A DNA stretch of 64,000 nt from positions 50,111-114,110 of the forward strand of contig CAZIZG010000002.1 in NCBI GenBank assembly GCA_964543815.1. Reading direction: 5' to 3'. The notes beneath the pieces were generated by a model that made no database searches, was not told the origin of the DNA, and saw nothing but the letters and a program-made list of their open reading frames with translations. Shown here piece after piece: positions 47,049 through 57,500 of the stretch. Numbering within the stretch: position 1 is the stretch's first letter; each line of letters begins with the position of its first letter. The DNA comes from an uncultured Bdellovibrionales bacterium (GTDB lineage Bacteria; Patescibacteriota; Minisyncoccia; Moranbacterales; UBA1568). The position numbers and the translations under genes are program-made.

Positions 47049-47789
47049 TTATACTTTCTGAAGAAGAGTTTGCTTTTTCTGCCAAATAGCAATGGTCAGA
47101 GCCAAACGAAGAGCAATAACAGCGCAAACCAGGAGAAATATCATGAAGTTAAGTGGCGGCAAGACCATGGTTGACGTCTCAAGCATCATTCTCCACTCTG
47201 GAAAATTTTTGATAAAGAAGTGAAGTGCTGCTGACACATAGGCAAGATACCCAACACGGAGGAGCCGTCGCCACCAGATACCACCAAGCTCTTCAATAGC
47301 ATAACGATTGGAGATAACCGCCATCATAATGAAGATGGCGAGCGCGACCAGGGCCGCCGCAAACGCATAGAGATTAGAAACGAAAAATGTTCCAAAGTTC
47401 CATTGGTGATCAAGGATAAATATCGGGTTTGTTTCATAGCCGCGTGGTTTCCACCACAGATAGAACACCAGCGACATAACGGCATGAGAAAGACCAAAGG
47501 CAAAACCGGCCAATCCGAGATATTTCCGATAGATAATAAGACAATCAACGAAGTCCCAGAAATAACACAGACCAGAAAGACCAAAGGAGAGACCAATAAG
47601 TATCATTGCTCCATCAGCCAAAGCCTTATTCAGGATAACAGGAAGTGTTCCTGGTTCAGTAATCGAAAGATACCAAGCACAGAACGCGAGTATCACTCCG
47701 CTAAACCAAAGCGTATGGAACCAGAGCCGAAGCGGTACAATAGCTCCACATTTAGCCATGATTTCTCCAAACCGCCGCGCAAAAGGCAT
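47049..47789 (-). CDS. Hypothetical polytopic membrane protein (~6 TM helices)
   Basis: 246-aa hydrophobic ORF with conserved His residues in TM segments. Possibly ferric-reductase/MsrQ-like, but not established. Confidence 0.5.
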   Translation of the reverse strand: MPFARRFGEIMAKCGAIVPLRLWFHTLWFSGVILAFCAWYLSITEPGTLPVILNKALADGAMILIGLSFGLSGLCYFWDFVDCLIIYRKYLGLAGFAFGLSHAVMSLVFYLWWKPRGYETNPIFILDHQWNFGTFFVSNLYAFAAALVALAIFIMMAVISNRYAIEELGGIWWRRLLRVGYLAYVSAALHFFIKNFPEWRMMLETSTMVLPPLNFMIFLLVCAVIALRLALTIAIWQKKQTLLQKV

Positions 47790-47809
47790 ACTGAGTAACT
47801 CCTATTGTT

Positions 47810-48865
47810 TTATTTTTCTTCGGCTTCTTCAGTATCACCATCTGGTGCCACAATCATCTCTTTTGATTGTTTGAGAATGCCCTTTTCGATTTCACTCTGT
47901 ATCTTGGGATTTTCCTTAAGGAAAGCCTTGGCGCTCTCGCGGCCAGCACCGATCTTGGTTTCACCATAGAGAAACGAATTACCTGATTTCTTGAGCACGG
48001 CATAGCGTACACCAGAATCAAGTAGATCACCAACTCGTGAAATGCCCTCATTGTACATGATATCAAATTCAGCCGTACGGAATGGGGCTGACACTTTATT
48101 CTTCACTACTTTGACTTTCACTCGATTTCCAACCACCTCTTCTCCCTTCTTAATCTGAGCGCTGCGCCTCACCTCCAAACGAACCGATGAGTAAAACTTA
48201 AGCGCTTGACCGCCAGTGGTCGTCTCTGGATTACCAAACATCACGCCAATCTTCATACGAATCTGATTGATGAAAATGACTGTGGTATTGGAATTGGCAA
48301 TAATAGCCGTCAATTTTCGCAGCGCCTGTGACATAAGACGAGCCTGACGACCAACATGCTGATCACCCATTTCTCCCTCTATTTCCGCCTTGGGGACGAG
48401 TGCTGCTACTGAGTCAACGACAATTACATCCACCATATTTGATCGGACCAGGGTCTCGACAATATCAAGTGCCTGCTCACCGGTATCCGGTTGAGAAATG
48501 AGAAGATCGTTGATTTTAACTCCAATCCGTTTAGCGTACTCGGGATCCAAAGCATGTTCAGCATCGACGAACGCCGCTACGCCGCCACCTTTCTGAGCGT
48601 TAGCTACAATATGCAGTGTCAGTGTCGTTTTACCAGAAGATTCTGGGCCATAAATTTCAACGACCCGACCCCGTGGCACGCCACCAATACCGAGAGCGAT
48701 ATCGAGCGAAACTGATCCAGTAGGTATCGCCTCCACATCTACTTTTTTTACATCGCCAAGCTTCATCATCATTCCCTCGCCAAACTTTTCCTCAATAGCA
48801 TCCAGTACTGCATCGATACGTGTTTTCTCCCCTTTCTCTCCCGACACCTGTTTTGCCTTAGCCAT
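47810..48865 (-). CDS. recA: Recombinase RecA
   Basis: Contains …[16 protein letters not shown]… (Walker A) and …[24 protein letters not shown]… (L2 loop), 351 aa. Confidence 0.97.
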   Translation of the reverse strand: MAKAKQVSGEKGEKTRIDAVLDAIEEKFGEGMMMKLGDVKKVDVEAIPTGSVSLDIALGIGGVPRGRVVEIYGPESSGKTTLTLHIVANAQKGGGVAAFVDAEHALDPEYAKRIGVKINDLLISQPDTGEQALDIVETLVRSNMVDVIVVDSVAALVPKAEIEGEMGDQHVGRQARLMSQALRKLTAIIANSNTTVIFINQIRMKIGVMFGNPETTTGGQALKFYSSVRLEVRRSAQIKKGEEVVGNRVKVKVVKNKVSAPFRTAEFDIMYNEGISRVGDLLDSGVRYAVLKKSGNSFLYGETKIGAGRESAKAFLKENPKIQSEIEKGILKQSKEMIVAPDGDTEEAEEK

Positions 48866-48924
48866 AAGATTTATGTATTTCTTGTTTACTTCACTTTCAT
48901 ATTACAATACACCAAAAAACTTGT

Positions 48925-49662
48925 CTAGGGATTTATTGTTTCTACTGCCGGTACCACCGATTCCTCTGGTGTGGATAGAGTCGGTACATAGCGAGATTCC
49001 ACAGAAAGCGTCACGACTTTCTCACGATTAAATCGATTCATCGATCGTACCACAATCGTATTCGTGCCAGAACGAACAATGAGCGTATCAGCAAATTGCC
49101 CGTTAGTATCAACGAAGACATTCTGCCCGTTCAACGTTACCTGCGCCCCTTTATCCGTTCTCCCTCGCACACTAACCTCCTGACTATCTATAACTGATCC
49201 GTTTTCCGGCTCAAATAGCGAGAGCTGGGGTTCGGCTGCAAAACTCTTAAATTCGCGATAGAGGTAAAAAAAGGCGCCAAAGACTGTCAGAAAGATAAGC
49301 CCGACTACCAATGAACGCGACGTGATGACGAATGAGAGCGGGGAAAAAGAACTCGCCCCTTGAGGCTTTTGTTCCTGGCCCAAATTTACTTTAATATTCC
49401 GCTCCCGATCATAGAGCTTTATCATGGCTCGTTCGTCCACATTCAAATAACGTGCATAACTCCGAAGAAATCCCCGCACATAAACATCGGCTGGCAACTG
49501 TTCGTAGGCGCCATTCTCCAATGACTCAAGGTACTTCACTTGAATACGGGTAGCCTTGGAAACATCCTGCAGACTCATGCGAAAATCTGTTCGCAATTTG
49601 CGCAACTTTTCACCAAGCGTCAACGACTCAACTTTTTTTCGAGTAAATCCTGATTGTGCCAT
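48925..49662 (-). CDS. RodZ-like protein (HTH domain, TM helix, C-terminal DUF4115-like domain)
   Basis: N-terminal XRE-type HTH (…LTLGEKLRKLRTDFRMSLQDVSKATRIQVKYLESLENG…), one TM helix and a beta-rich C-domain. Start taken at the internal MAQSG. Confidence 0.7.
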   Translation of the reverse strand: MAQSGFTRKKVESLTLGEKLRKLRTDFRMSLQDVSKATRIQVKYLESLENGAYEQLPADVYVRGFLRSYARYLNVDERAMIKLYDRERNIKVNLGQEQKPQGASSFSPLSFVITSRSLVVGLIFLTVFGAFFYLYREFKSFAAEPQLSLFEPENGSVIDSQEVSVRGRTDKGAQVTLNGQNVFVDTNGQFADTLIVRSGTNTIVVRSMNRFNREKVVTLSVESRYVPTLSTPEESVVPAVETINP

Positions 49663-49741
49663 AGTACCTCGAGTATACCATACCAATACAGACGAGAAAA
49701 TACTTTAGATAAAGGATATTTTAAATTTTTCCTCTTCCTAA

Positions 49742-49766
49742 AATGAAAAACCCCACCATGGGGTCT
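49742..49766 (-). terminator. Intrinsic terminator after ftsK
   Basis: Minus strand reads ACCCCAUGGUGGGGU followed by UUUUUCAUUUU. Confidence 0.5.
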
Positions 49767-49778
49767 TTCTCTTTTCTC

Positions 49779-52157
49779 CTAGATTTGCCACTTGTCACGT
49801 TCGGCCTGCTCCGCCAAAGGATCGTCTTGCTCTGGCTCCTCACCACTCTCGGCATCACTCGCGCCAGAGGCCTGTGAAAGGAGTACCTTTTTCTTGCCGT
49901 CAACGATACCAATCACACCGTTTTCCTCCAAAAGATGCATCAGGCGAGCCGCTCGTGGGTAACCGATACCAAACGTTGTCTGCAAATTTGTTGTCGAGGC
50001 CCGACCTGATTGGATAACAATACGTTTTACTTCATCATAGAGATCATCCTGTTTCGAACCATCGTCCATGGCATCCATAGCAAGAGTAATGCTATCACTC
50101 CCAGCATCATCACCGAGAGTATCATCCGTTTCATCGTTTCCGAGATCATCTTTCTGGTCTTCCAAAAATGTTGTGACCCGCTTTACCTCATCATCTGAAA
50201 CAAAAACTCCCTGAATACGCTTCATTTCCTTACCGTCAGCTGCCGAATACAACATATCTCCATTTCCAAGGAGCTTCTCCGCTCCACCAGTATCCAAAAT
50301 GGTTCGAGAATCGATTTGGCTCTTGAGCTGAAAGGAGATACGAGCTGGGATGTTTGCTTTGATGAGACCAGTAATGACCGTTGCTTCTGGACGCTGCGTG
50401 GCCAGTACCAGATGGATACCAACGGCCCGAGAAAGTGAAGCCAAACGAACAATAAGTGATTCCACTTCTTTGCCATGGGTAGCCATAAGATCCGCCATTT
50501 CATCAATCATAATGACAATGTATGGCATATGTGGGAAAGCTTCTTCGGTAGAGCGGCCCGTCTCAGCATCAACGATACGTCGCTTCTCACCTTTTTCAGT
50601 CAAATCGTGATACCCTTCAATATCCTGGACCCGTGCCTCCTCAAGGATTTTGTAACGATGATCCATTTGTCCGGCCGCCCACCTCAAAACATTAACCACT
50701 TTTTTATTCTCAACAATAACCCCCGTCTTCAGATGCGGGATACCCCGATACCGCGAGAATGAAACACGCTTCGGATCAACCAAAATAAGCTGTAAATCCT
50801 CGGGAGAATTTTGATACAAAAGCGAAAGAAGGAAAGTATTCATACAAACACTTTTCCCCGACCCAGTCCGACCAGCAATGAGCACATGTGGCATTTTGGC
50901 CAAATCAGCAAAGATATGATTCCCCGCTACATCCTCACCAAGTACCACCATCAAATCGGAACGACGTTTCTTCCATGATTCACTTTCCAGTACTGCCTTG
51001 AGACGTACCGTCGCCACGGACTGATTTGGTACTTCGATACCGATGAGTGACTGACCCGGGATAGGCGCTTCAATACGGATGGACTTAGCAGCCAAAGCCA
51101 GGGCCAAGTCACTATTCAGTGTCGTAATCCGAGAAAGCTTCACTCCAAAAGCGGGTCGAAAAGTATACTGGGTCACGGTCGGTCCAATACGAACGTCACC
51201 CGGCTCGACATCAATACCAAAGTGCTTAAGGGTACTTTGGATAATATGCTTATTTCGCTCCACATCCCCTCCTACTGCCTGACCAGTAGTTGACTCAAGC
51301 AAATCAACTGGCGGTAGTTCCCACTGATATTTTCGACGGCGCAAAGAACGTTTTGGTCGTATGAAAGCTGGTACCAACACCGTCTCTTCATCAGCATCCT
51401 TAGCTACTTCTTTTTCTTCGTCACCACGAAACTCAATTTTACTAATATTATGTTCCTCCAGGGCCGCTTGAGGCGCTGCTGCCACGGGGGCTTCCTCAAA
51501 CTCGTCGGCAAGGGGCGATGTCAGGAGTGGCTCAGTTTCTGATTTAGCGACACTCTCTTCCTGACTCGCTTCTTTAGGTACTTCTTTACTTTCCTTTTCT
51601 CCACGCATCCGTGTCATCATCTGCTCAAACGTATGCATCAGTGAAACATTAAAAGCCGCAATCATACCAACCGCGAAAAGAGCAAGCGCAATAAGCGTCC
51701 CAGCAATTTTTCCGGTAAAAGCAAAAAAGATATAGGCCAATCCAAATCCGAGATACCCACCACCTCGGCCATTTTGAGCCACCTTAAGCATTTCCTTGGT
51801 AGTATCAGCCGTATAGAGGTGAAGCAATCCAAGAAGGGCCACGAAACCAACGATAAGCCCAATGAACTTGACCGCATCCGCGAGCGTCGTGGTTCGACGC
51901 CGAAGAAACATGAGCGCAGCCGCGAGGAGCACCAGCGGCGAGAGCCACTTCCCAAAACCAAGCATCATCCCCAGTCCCGTATCAAGCCACTCCCCTAAAA
52001 TACCAGCGGCACCAAAAAATCCTAGGAGAAAGAGGATTGCCAAAGCAAATAAAAAAACGGCGGCGATGCTCCGCTTGGCATCACTATGCAGTATCTCTTC
52101 CCAATTAAATCCTTCTTCCGTGCTCTCCTCGACTAATGCTTTTTTCTTTCGTCCCAT
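49779..52157 (-). CDS. ftsK: DNA translocase FtsK/SpoIIIE
   Basis: N-terminal TM segments, a linker, an ATPase domain (…LIAGRTGSGKSVCMN…, Walker A/B) and a C-terminal gamma domain, 792 aa. Confidence 0.93.
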   Translation of the reverse strand: MGRKKKALVEESTEEGFNWEEILHSDAKRSIAAVFLFALAILFLLGFFGAAGILGEWLDTGLGMMLGFGKWLSPLVLLAAALMFLRRRTTTLADAVKFIGLIVGFVALLGLLHLYTADTTKEMLKVAQNGRGGGYLGFGLAYIFFAFTGKIAGTLIALALFAVGMIAAFNVSLMHTFEQMMTRMRGEKESKEVPKEASQEESVAKSETEPLLTSPLADEFEEAPVAAAPQAALEEHNISKIEFRGDEEKEVAKDADEETVLVPAFIRPKRSLRRRKYQWELPPVDLLESTTGQAVGGDVERNKHIIQSTLKHFGIDVEPGDVRIGPTVTQYTFRPAFGVKLSRITTLNSDLALALAAKSIRIEAPIPGQSLIGIEVPNQSVATVRLKAVLESESWKKRRSDLMVVLGEDVAGNHIFADLAKMPHVLIAGRTGSGKSVCMNTFLLSLLYQNSPEDLQLILVDPKRVSFSRYRGIPHLKTGVIVENKKVVNVLRWAAGQMDHRYKILEEARVQDIEGYHDLTEKGEKRRIVDAETGRSTEEAFPHMPYIVIMIDEMADLMATHGKEVESLIVRLASLSRAVGIHLVLATQRPEATVITGLIKANIPARISFQLKSQIDSRTILDTGGAEKLLGNGDMLYSAADGKEMKRIQGVFVSDDEVKRVTTFLEDQKDDLGNDETDDTLGDDAGSDSITLAMDAMDDGSKQDDLYDEVKRIVIQSGRASTTNLQTTFGIGYPRAARLMHLLEENGVIGIVDGKKKVLLSQASGASDAESGEEPEQDDPLAEQAERDKWQI

Positions 52158-52227
52158 AAAATTTCTAGGCCATCAATAACAGAAATATTATACCATGCAT
52201 GCAGGCATTCGTTTCGCCTTACCCCGC

Positions 52228-52860
52228 TTATGAAAACATGCCTTTAATCTTCCCGAGCCATCCACCATCAGGTCTCTTTGCAGCCACTTTCGGCATTGCA
52301 GTGAGCCTCCCATCTTGTTCCATTTGTTGTTTCATCTGGTTCAGGATGATTTCCGCTGCTGCGACATCATTGGTAGCAGCACGAGCTGCTGCCGTTTCTA
52401 CTCTTTGTTGTTCCTGAAGCTTTCCTATGCGTGCCCGAGAAGCATTAAGCAGCCGATCCTGCTCCTCTTTTATTTCCATGAAGCGGTTCTCACGTATCAC
52501 CCGCTCCACTTCCTCTCGCACCATAGCTTGATTGGTTCCCCGATACAATGAAAGCGTCATGAGATCGGCTATGGTCTCATCAATCGCGGGTCGTATCTCG
52601 GCGGGTAACAGCACTGATATTCGCCTAAAATCAGGCATCTTCACACCCTGAAGCGCTTCTTCCAAACGCAGAAAGATAGCGCCCTTATTCACGTATTCAT
52701 GCTGAAGCAAACCCTCCGCTTGTATTTTTTCCTCAATCGTTTGTGGCACCAGCCTCCCCTCTTTCATTGAAGCGACTGACACTTCCTCCAAAGGAGCAAG
52801 ATCAAGCTCGATATCTACTGTTTTATGATGTTGCCCCGACTCAGAAAATGCTTCCGACAT
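52228..52860 (-). CDS. Hypothetical protein (210 aa) with a C-terminal amphipathic helix (…GGWLGKIKGMFS)
   Basis: Helical, charged ORF. The terminal segment looks like a membrane-targeting amphipathic helix of the MinD/FtsA type. No family recognised. Confidence 0.5.
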   Translation of the reverse strand: MSEAFSESGQHHKTVDIELDLAPLEEVSVASMKEGRLVPQTIEEKIQAEGLLQHEYVNKGAIFLRLEEALQGVKMPDFRRISVLLPAEIRPAIDETIADLMTLSLYRGTNQAMVREEVERVIRENRFMEIKEEQDRLLNASRARIGKLQEQQRVETAAARAATNDVAAAEIILNQMKQQMEQDGRLTAMPKVAAKRPDGGWLGKIKGMFS

Positions 52861-52875
52861 AGATTTTAATAAAGT

Positions 52876-53136
52876 TTACTGTTGAATTTCTCCAGACGCA
52901 TCAGCCCTATCAAGCTCAGCCAAAAGGTCAATACCCGCCTGTTCCAAGGCGGTTACCTCAGCCTCAATCTCAACATCAAACTGCCGCTGCAACGCCACGT
53001 TTCTTGCCCTGGCTTCATCAGATAACAAAGTACTCTCTCGAAGCAGTGACTCAGTACGTAAAACACCGGTATCACTTTCAGCAAGTAACGCCTCGATATC
53101 AGCGTGATTCGCATTGGTTTGTGTATCCTCTGTCAT
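52876..53136 (-). CDS. Hypothetical small acidic protein (86 aa)
   Basis: Sits between two co-oriented unknowns with 15-17 nt gaps. No family recognised. Confidence 0.45.
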   Translation of the reverse strand: MTEDTQTNANHADIEALLAESDTGVLRTESLLRESTLLSDEARARNVALQRQFDVEIEAEVTALEQAGIDLLAELDRADASGEIQQ

Positions 53137-53153
53137 GGTATCAATTCAATCAA

Positions 53154-54359
53154 TTACCCCATGGCCACCGAATATTTGCGCCGCGCCGACCTTTTCGTTG
53201 GTACTGGCGGTTGCACTGGAATGTCCACTTCCGGACCAGCTGGCACCGCTGACTCCACTGTTTCAGCTATTTTTGGCCTAACCTTGCGCACCTCGAGGTC
53301 AGTATTTTGCTTTTCTAAACTGGCTATTTCACTTTGCACCACAGCCAAAACCTCGCCCAGATGTCCGAGACTTCTCAATTGCTTTTCTTTCCGCTGTGCA
53401 AGATCTTTCATCGATGACTCAAGCGCCTTCCGCAGTCCACCCCGCACCATTGATTGAATTTGAGTCTCAAGTGCTTGATACTGAGCCTCCACTTTAGCTC
53501 TTTCAGCCTCAATCTGCCGCTTCTCGACCAACAACTTTTCTTCCTCTGCCCGCTGTTTTTTCAAAACCTCATTATTTCCTTCTTGTTTAGCTGTAAGCCG
53601 AGCATTAATCCGTTCAGATGCAGAGGCGACGAGATTCTGATAAGACTCATACTTTTTTTGGAGCTCCGCCACCCGTACGCCCCGTACGCCCGCTTCTTGT
53701 CCATATTGACGCTCCCGGTCCTCTGCGAGCGCAATCTCGACTTCGGCTGATTTGAGTGCTTCCGGACTTACCGTCATACCAAGTCTCTCCATGCTTGCTT
53801 TGAGATCATTCATGCTTTTTCTTCCGGAAGCTGCCCTAGTTGCCGCTGCGTCACTCTCTCTATTGGCTTGCTTTTGCTGCTCAGCAGCCGCTCTTACCCT
53901 CCCCTCAAACAGAGCTGCCATTTTAGCACTTTTCCATACCCGAAACCGATCCAGAGCATTTTGCACCGGTGTTGTATTTTTCACAGACTCATAAGCTCCT
54001 TTGAGAAGGTCTTGAGTAGCCCGTTTCAGTTCACCAAAGCGTGCTCGTTTGGTCAGGGAAGTTATGGCGTCAGGTCCTGTCGGTCTTTGCTCGGACACAA
54101 ATTCCTCAGACTCCACCCGAAATGACTGTTCTGCACCTGGGCGAACTTCCAGGACATTATCGGTATGCCCGATACTCTCCATGCCAAATTGGGAATCATT
54201 CGCCGAATCATCTGATAAATCAGGTTCCTGATTCGGATTCGATTCTTCATCGAGTGGTGCCAGTTCCAAATCTCCGGCCAAAAGCGCCGCATTCTCCTCC
54301 GGCGTCAGATTTGGATCTATGGTATGAGAAATGTCCAGTTGTCGTTCAAATGATGGCAT
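53154..54359 (-). CDS. Hypothetical coiled-coil protein (401 aa) with an acidic disordered N-terminus
   Basis: Long heptad-like Q/E/K/R-rich region (…ERAKVEAQYQALETQIQSMV…). No NTP-binding motif. It is the first gene after the rpoC terminators. Confidence 0.55.
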   Translation of the reverse strand: MPSFERQLDISHTIDPNLTPEENAALLAGDLELAPLDEESNPNQEPDLSDDSANDSQFGMESIGHTDNVLEVRPGAEQSFRVESEEFVSEQRPTGPDAITSLTKRARFGELKRATQDLLKGAYESVKNTTPVQNALDRFRVWKSAKMAALFEGRVRAAAEQQKQANRESDAAATRAASGRKSMNDLKASMERLGMTVSPEALKSAEVEIALAEDRERQYGQEAGVRGVRVAELQKKYESYQNLVASASERINARLTAKQEGNNEVLKKQRAEEEKLLVEKRQIEAERAKVEAQYQALETQIQSMVRGGLRKALESSMKDLAQRKEKQLRSLGHLGEVLAVVQSEIASLEKQNTDLEVRKVRPKIAETVESAVPAGPEVDIPVQPPVPTKRSARRKYSVAMG

Positions 54360-54404
54360 ATTCTTTTCGTTTGTTTGTTTTCAGTATAGTCCTTTTTTTG
54401 CTTT

Positions 54405-54434
54405 CCAAAAAGAAAACGGGGTTTCAACCCCGTT
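54405..54434 (-). terminator. Intrinsic terminator (second of two) after rpoC
   Basis: Minus strand reads AACGGGG-uugaaa-CCCCGUU followed by UUCUUUUUGG. Confidence 0.55.
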
Positions 54435-54462
54435 CGTTCCTTATTCAACTCAAGCATTATAG

Positions 54463-54496
54463 CACAAAAACACCCCTTTTACAAGGGGTGTTTTGT
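54463..54496. terminator. Intrinsic terminator (first) after rpoC, bidirectional-looking
   Basis: ACACCCCTT-ttac-AAGGGGTGT flanked by A and T runs. Confidence 0.6.
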
Positions 54497-54517
54497 TCGA
54501 GAATCTCCTGCACAGCA

Positions 54518-57500
54518 CTAGGCATTCTTCTGAACATCAAGTCCACGATAGCCCGTACCAGCTGGGATGAGACGTCCGATAATGACGTTCTCTTTGAGGC
54601 CACGGAGACGGTCCTCCTTACCAGCCACAGCGGCATTAATAAGAACTCGGGCGGTCTCCATAAACGAAGCAGCCGAGAGGAATGACTCAGTCGAAAGAGC
54701 CACCTTGGTAATGCCCAAGACCATAGACTCACCGACCGCTTCTCGACCCTTCTTCCCGAGAGCCTCTTCGTTAGCCTCCAAGAACTGGTCCTTTTCGACA
54801 ATATCACCCGGAAGGAGGAGGGTATCACCCGGATCCGTCACTCGGATACGAGACAGCATCTGACGAATAATTACTTCGATGTGCTTGTCATTAATAGCCT
54901 CACCCTGGGTAGCATAGATTTCTTCAATCTCACGGATGATATAGCGGTGTACTGCTTCCTGGCCCATAACCGTGAAGAGCTTGCGGAGGTCGAGATGTCC
55001 CTCAGAAAGAATGGTTCCAACAGAAACCAAATCCCCTTCTTTCACTTTAAGGGTCACGTTCTGTGGCACCTGGTACTCATGCTCCTTTTGGTCATTATCC
55101 ATCACATGTATCTTGACCACCTTGGCGCTATCACGGGCAATGGATTTAACCTGTCCGTCTACCTCGGAAAGAATAGCTTCCGTCTTTGGTACACGCGCTT
55201 CAAAGATTTCTTCCACTCGTGGGAGACCCTGGGTAATGTCAGAACCAGCCACACCACCGACATGGAACGTACGCATCGTCAGCTGGGTTCCTGGTTCACC
55301 AATAGCTTGGGCGGCCACGACACCGACTGAGGCACCAAGTTCCACCAAAGCACTGCGACCAAGGTCAACACCGTAACAGAGACGACATACGCCACGACGA
55401 GACTTACAGGCAACCAACGAACGAATCTTCACCTTATCGATAGCTTTCTTCGCCTCTACCAATTTACCCTGTTCACGGTCAATAAGCACGCCCTTCTTCA
55501 CCAGCACCTCTTTGGTTTCCGGATCTTTAATTGCCTCGACCGTTACTCGGCCTTCGATTCGGCTCCCGTAGTTCTGGCCAATGGCATCAGAATCAGCTCG
55601 GTACAAATAGGTCCCTTCAGTGTCCTGACAATCTTCTTCTCGAACAATAATATCCTGGGACACATCCACCAAACGGCGTGTGAGGTATCCGGCAGTAGCA
55701 GTACGAAGAGCGGTATCGGCCATACCCTTACGAGCACCGTGAGTTGAGATGAAATACTCGAGAACGTTAAAACCTTCCTTAAACGAGCTCTTGACCGGGA
55801 GTTCGATGGTTTCTCCGGTCGGACCGGCCATTAATCCCTTCATACCAGTCATCTGTACCACGACTGACTCAGAACCACGAGCTTTGGAATAAATCATGGC
55901 ATGGACCGGCCCCTCTTTATCGAGGTTGGCTCGAACAGCATCCGTAATCTTATTCTTGGTCTCATTCCAAATTTCAATCACTCGGTTTTTGCGTTCTTCA
56001 TTGGTAAGGAGACCCATATTATACTGGTCTTTCACCTCAGAAATACGCACTTCTGCTGCTGCCATCAAGTCTTTCTTTTCCTTCGGTACGATAAGGTCAT
56101 TCATACCCCAGCTGATAGCAGACCTCGATGAAGCCTTAAAGGTCAAATCCTTCATGCGATCAGCGAATGTAGCCGCTTTATCCTGACCGAGGGTCTCAAG
56201 GATACGAGACATGAGCACCTTCAAATCCTTCTTGGTCATTTCCTCATTCACGAAGCGGAGACTTTCCGGCAAGATATCATTCAGGAGAATCCGGCCAACC
56301 GAGGTCTCAATAATGGTGCCCTGGAAAGAAAGTTTTACCTTGGCATTCACCGCCACAATACCGTTCTGGTAGGCAAGGATAGCCTCATCCATAGTACCAA
56401 AGGCTTTTCCTTCGCCCTTCTGACCCGTTTTCATATGGGTCAGATAGTAGGCACCAAGTACCATATCAAGCGTCGCAGAAACAATTGGCTCCCCGGAAGC
56501 GGGCTTCAAAAGGTTCTTGGACGAGAGCATAATGGTTGCGCTCTCATGACGAGCCTGATCAGTAAGCGGCACATGCACCGCCATCTGGTCACCATCGAAG
56601 TCGGCATTGAATGCGCTACACACCATCGGGTGCAGACGAATAGCCTTTCCTTCAATCAGAACTGGCTGGAATGCCTGGATGGACAAGCGGTGAAGAGTCG
56701 GTGCTCGGTTCAAAAGCACATAGTGGTGCTCGATGATTTCATCAAGAATTTCATAGGCCTCTTCGGTTTCGGCATCCACCATGCGACCAGCCGTTCGGAC
56801 GTTATGAGCATATTCTTTGGCGATGAGCTTATTGATGATGAACGGTTTGAAGAGCTCCAGTGCCATCTTCTTCGGTAGTCCGCACTGATGGAGCTTGAGC
56901 TTCGGTCCAACCACAATAACAGAACGACCGGAGTAGTCCACACGCTTCCCAAGAAGGTTCTGACGGAAGCGGCCCTGTTTCCCCTTGAGCGCATCCGCGA
57001 GTGAGCGAAGTGCTCGACGCTGACCAGTTGAAGCAGCCGTTGAAGCCTGGCCTCGACGAGCCGAGTTGTCGAAGAGAGCGTCTACCGCTTCCTGAAGCAT
57101 ACGCTTTTCGTTGCGGGTGATTACTTCTGGCGCCCCAATTGACATCAATTTCTTGAGACGATTATTACGGTTGATGATGCGGCGATAGAGATCATTCAAA
57201 TCAGAAGTAGCAAATCGACCGCCATCAAGCGCCACCATCGGACGAAGATCCGGTGGAATAACTGGGATAGCAGTTGGGAGCATCCACTCGAGACGTAGAT
57301 TCGCCTTTTCAAAACCCTGATACACTTTGAGACGCTGCAAAAGCTTCTTTTGGTCAACGGATTCGTCGGTTGAGAGCTCCTCCTTGAGGACTTTGACCTG
57401 GGAAGGGATATCAATTTTCTCGAGAATCTTTCTAATAGCCTCAGCACCGATGCCGGCAGTAAAAATCTGGCCGAAGCGACTCGAGAGGTTGAAGTATTCA

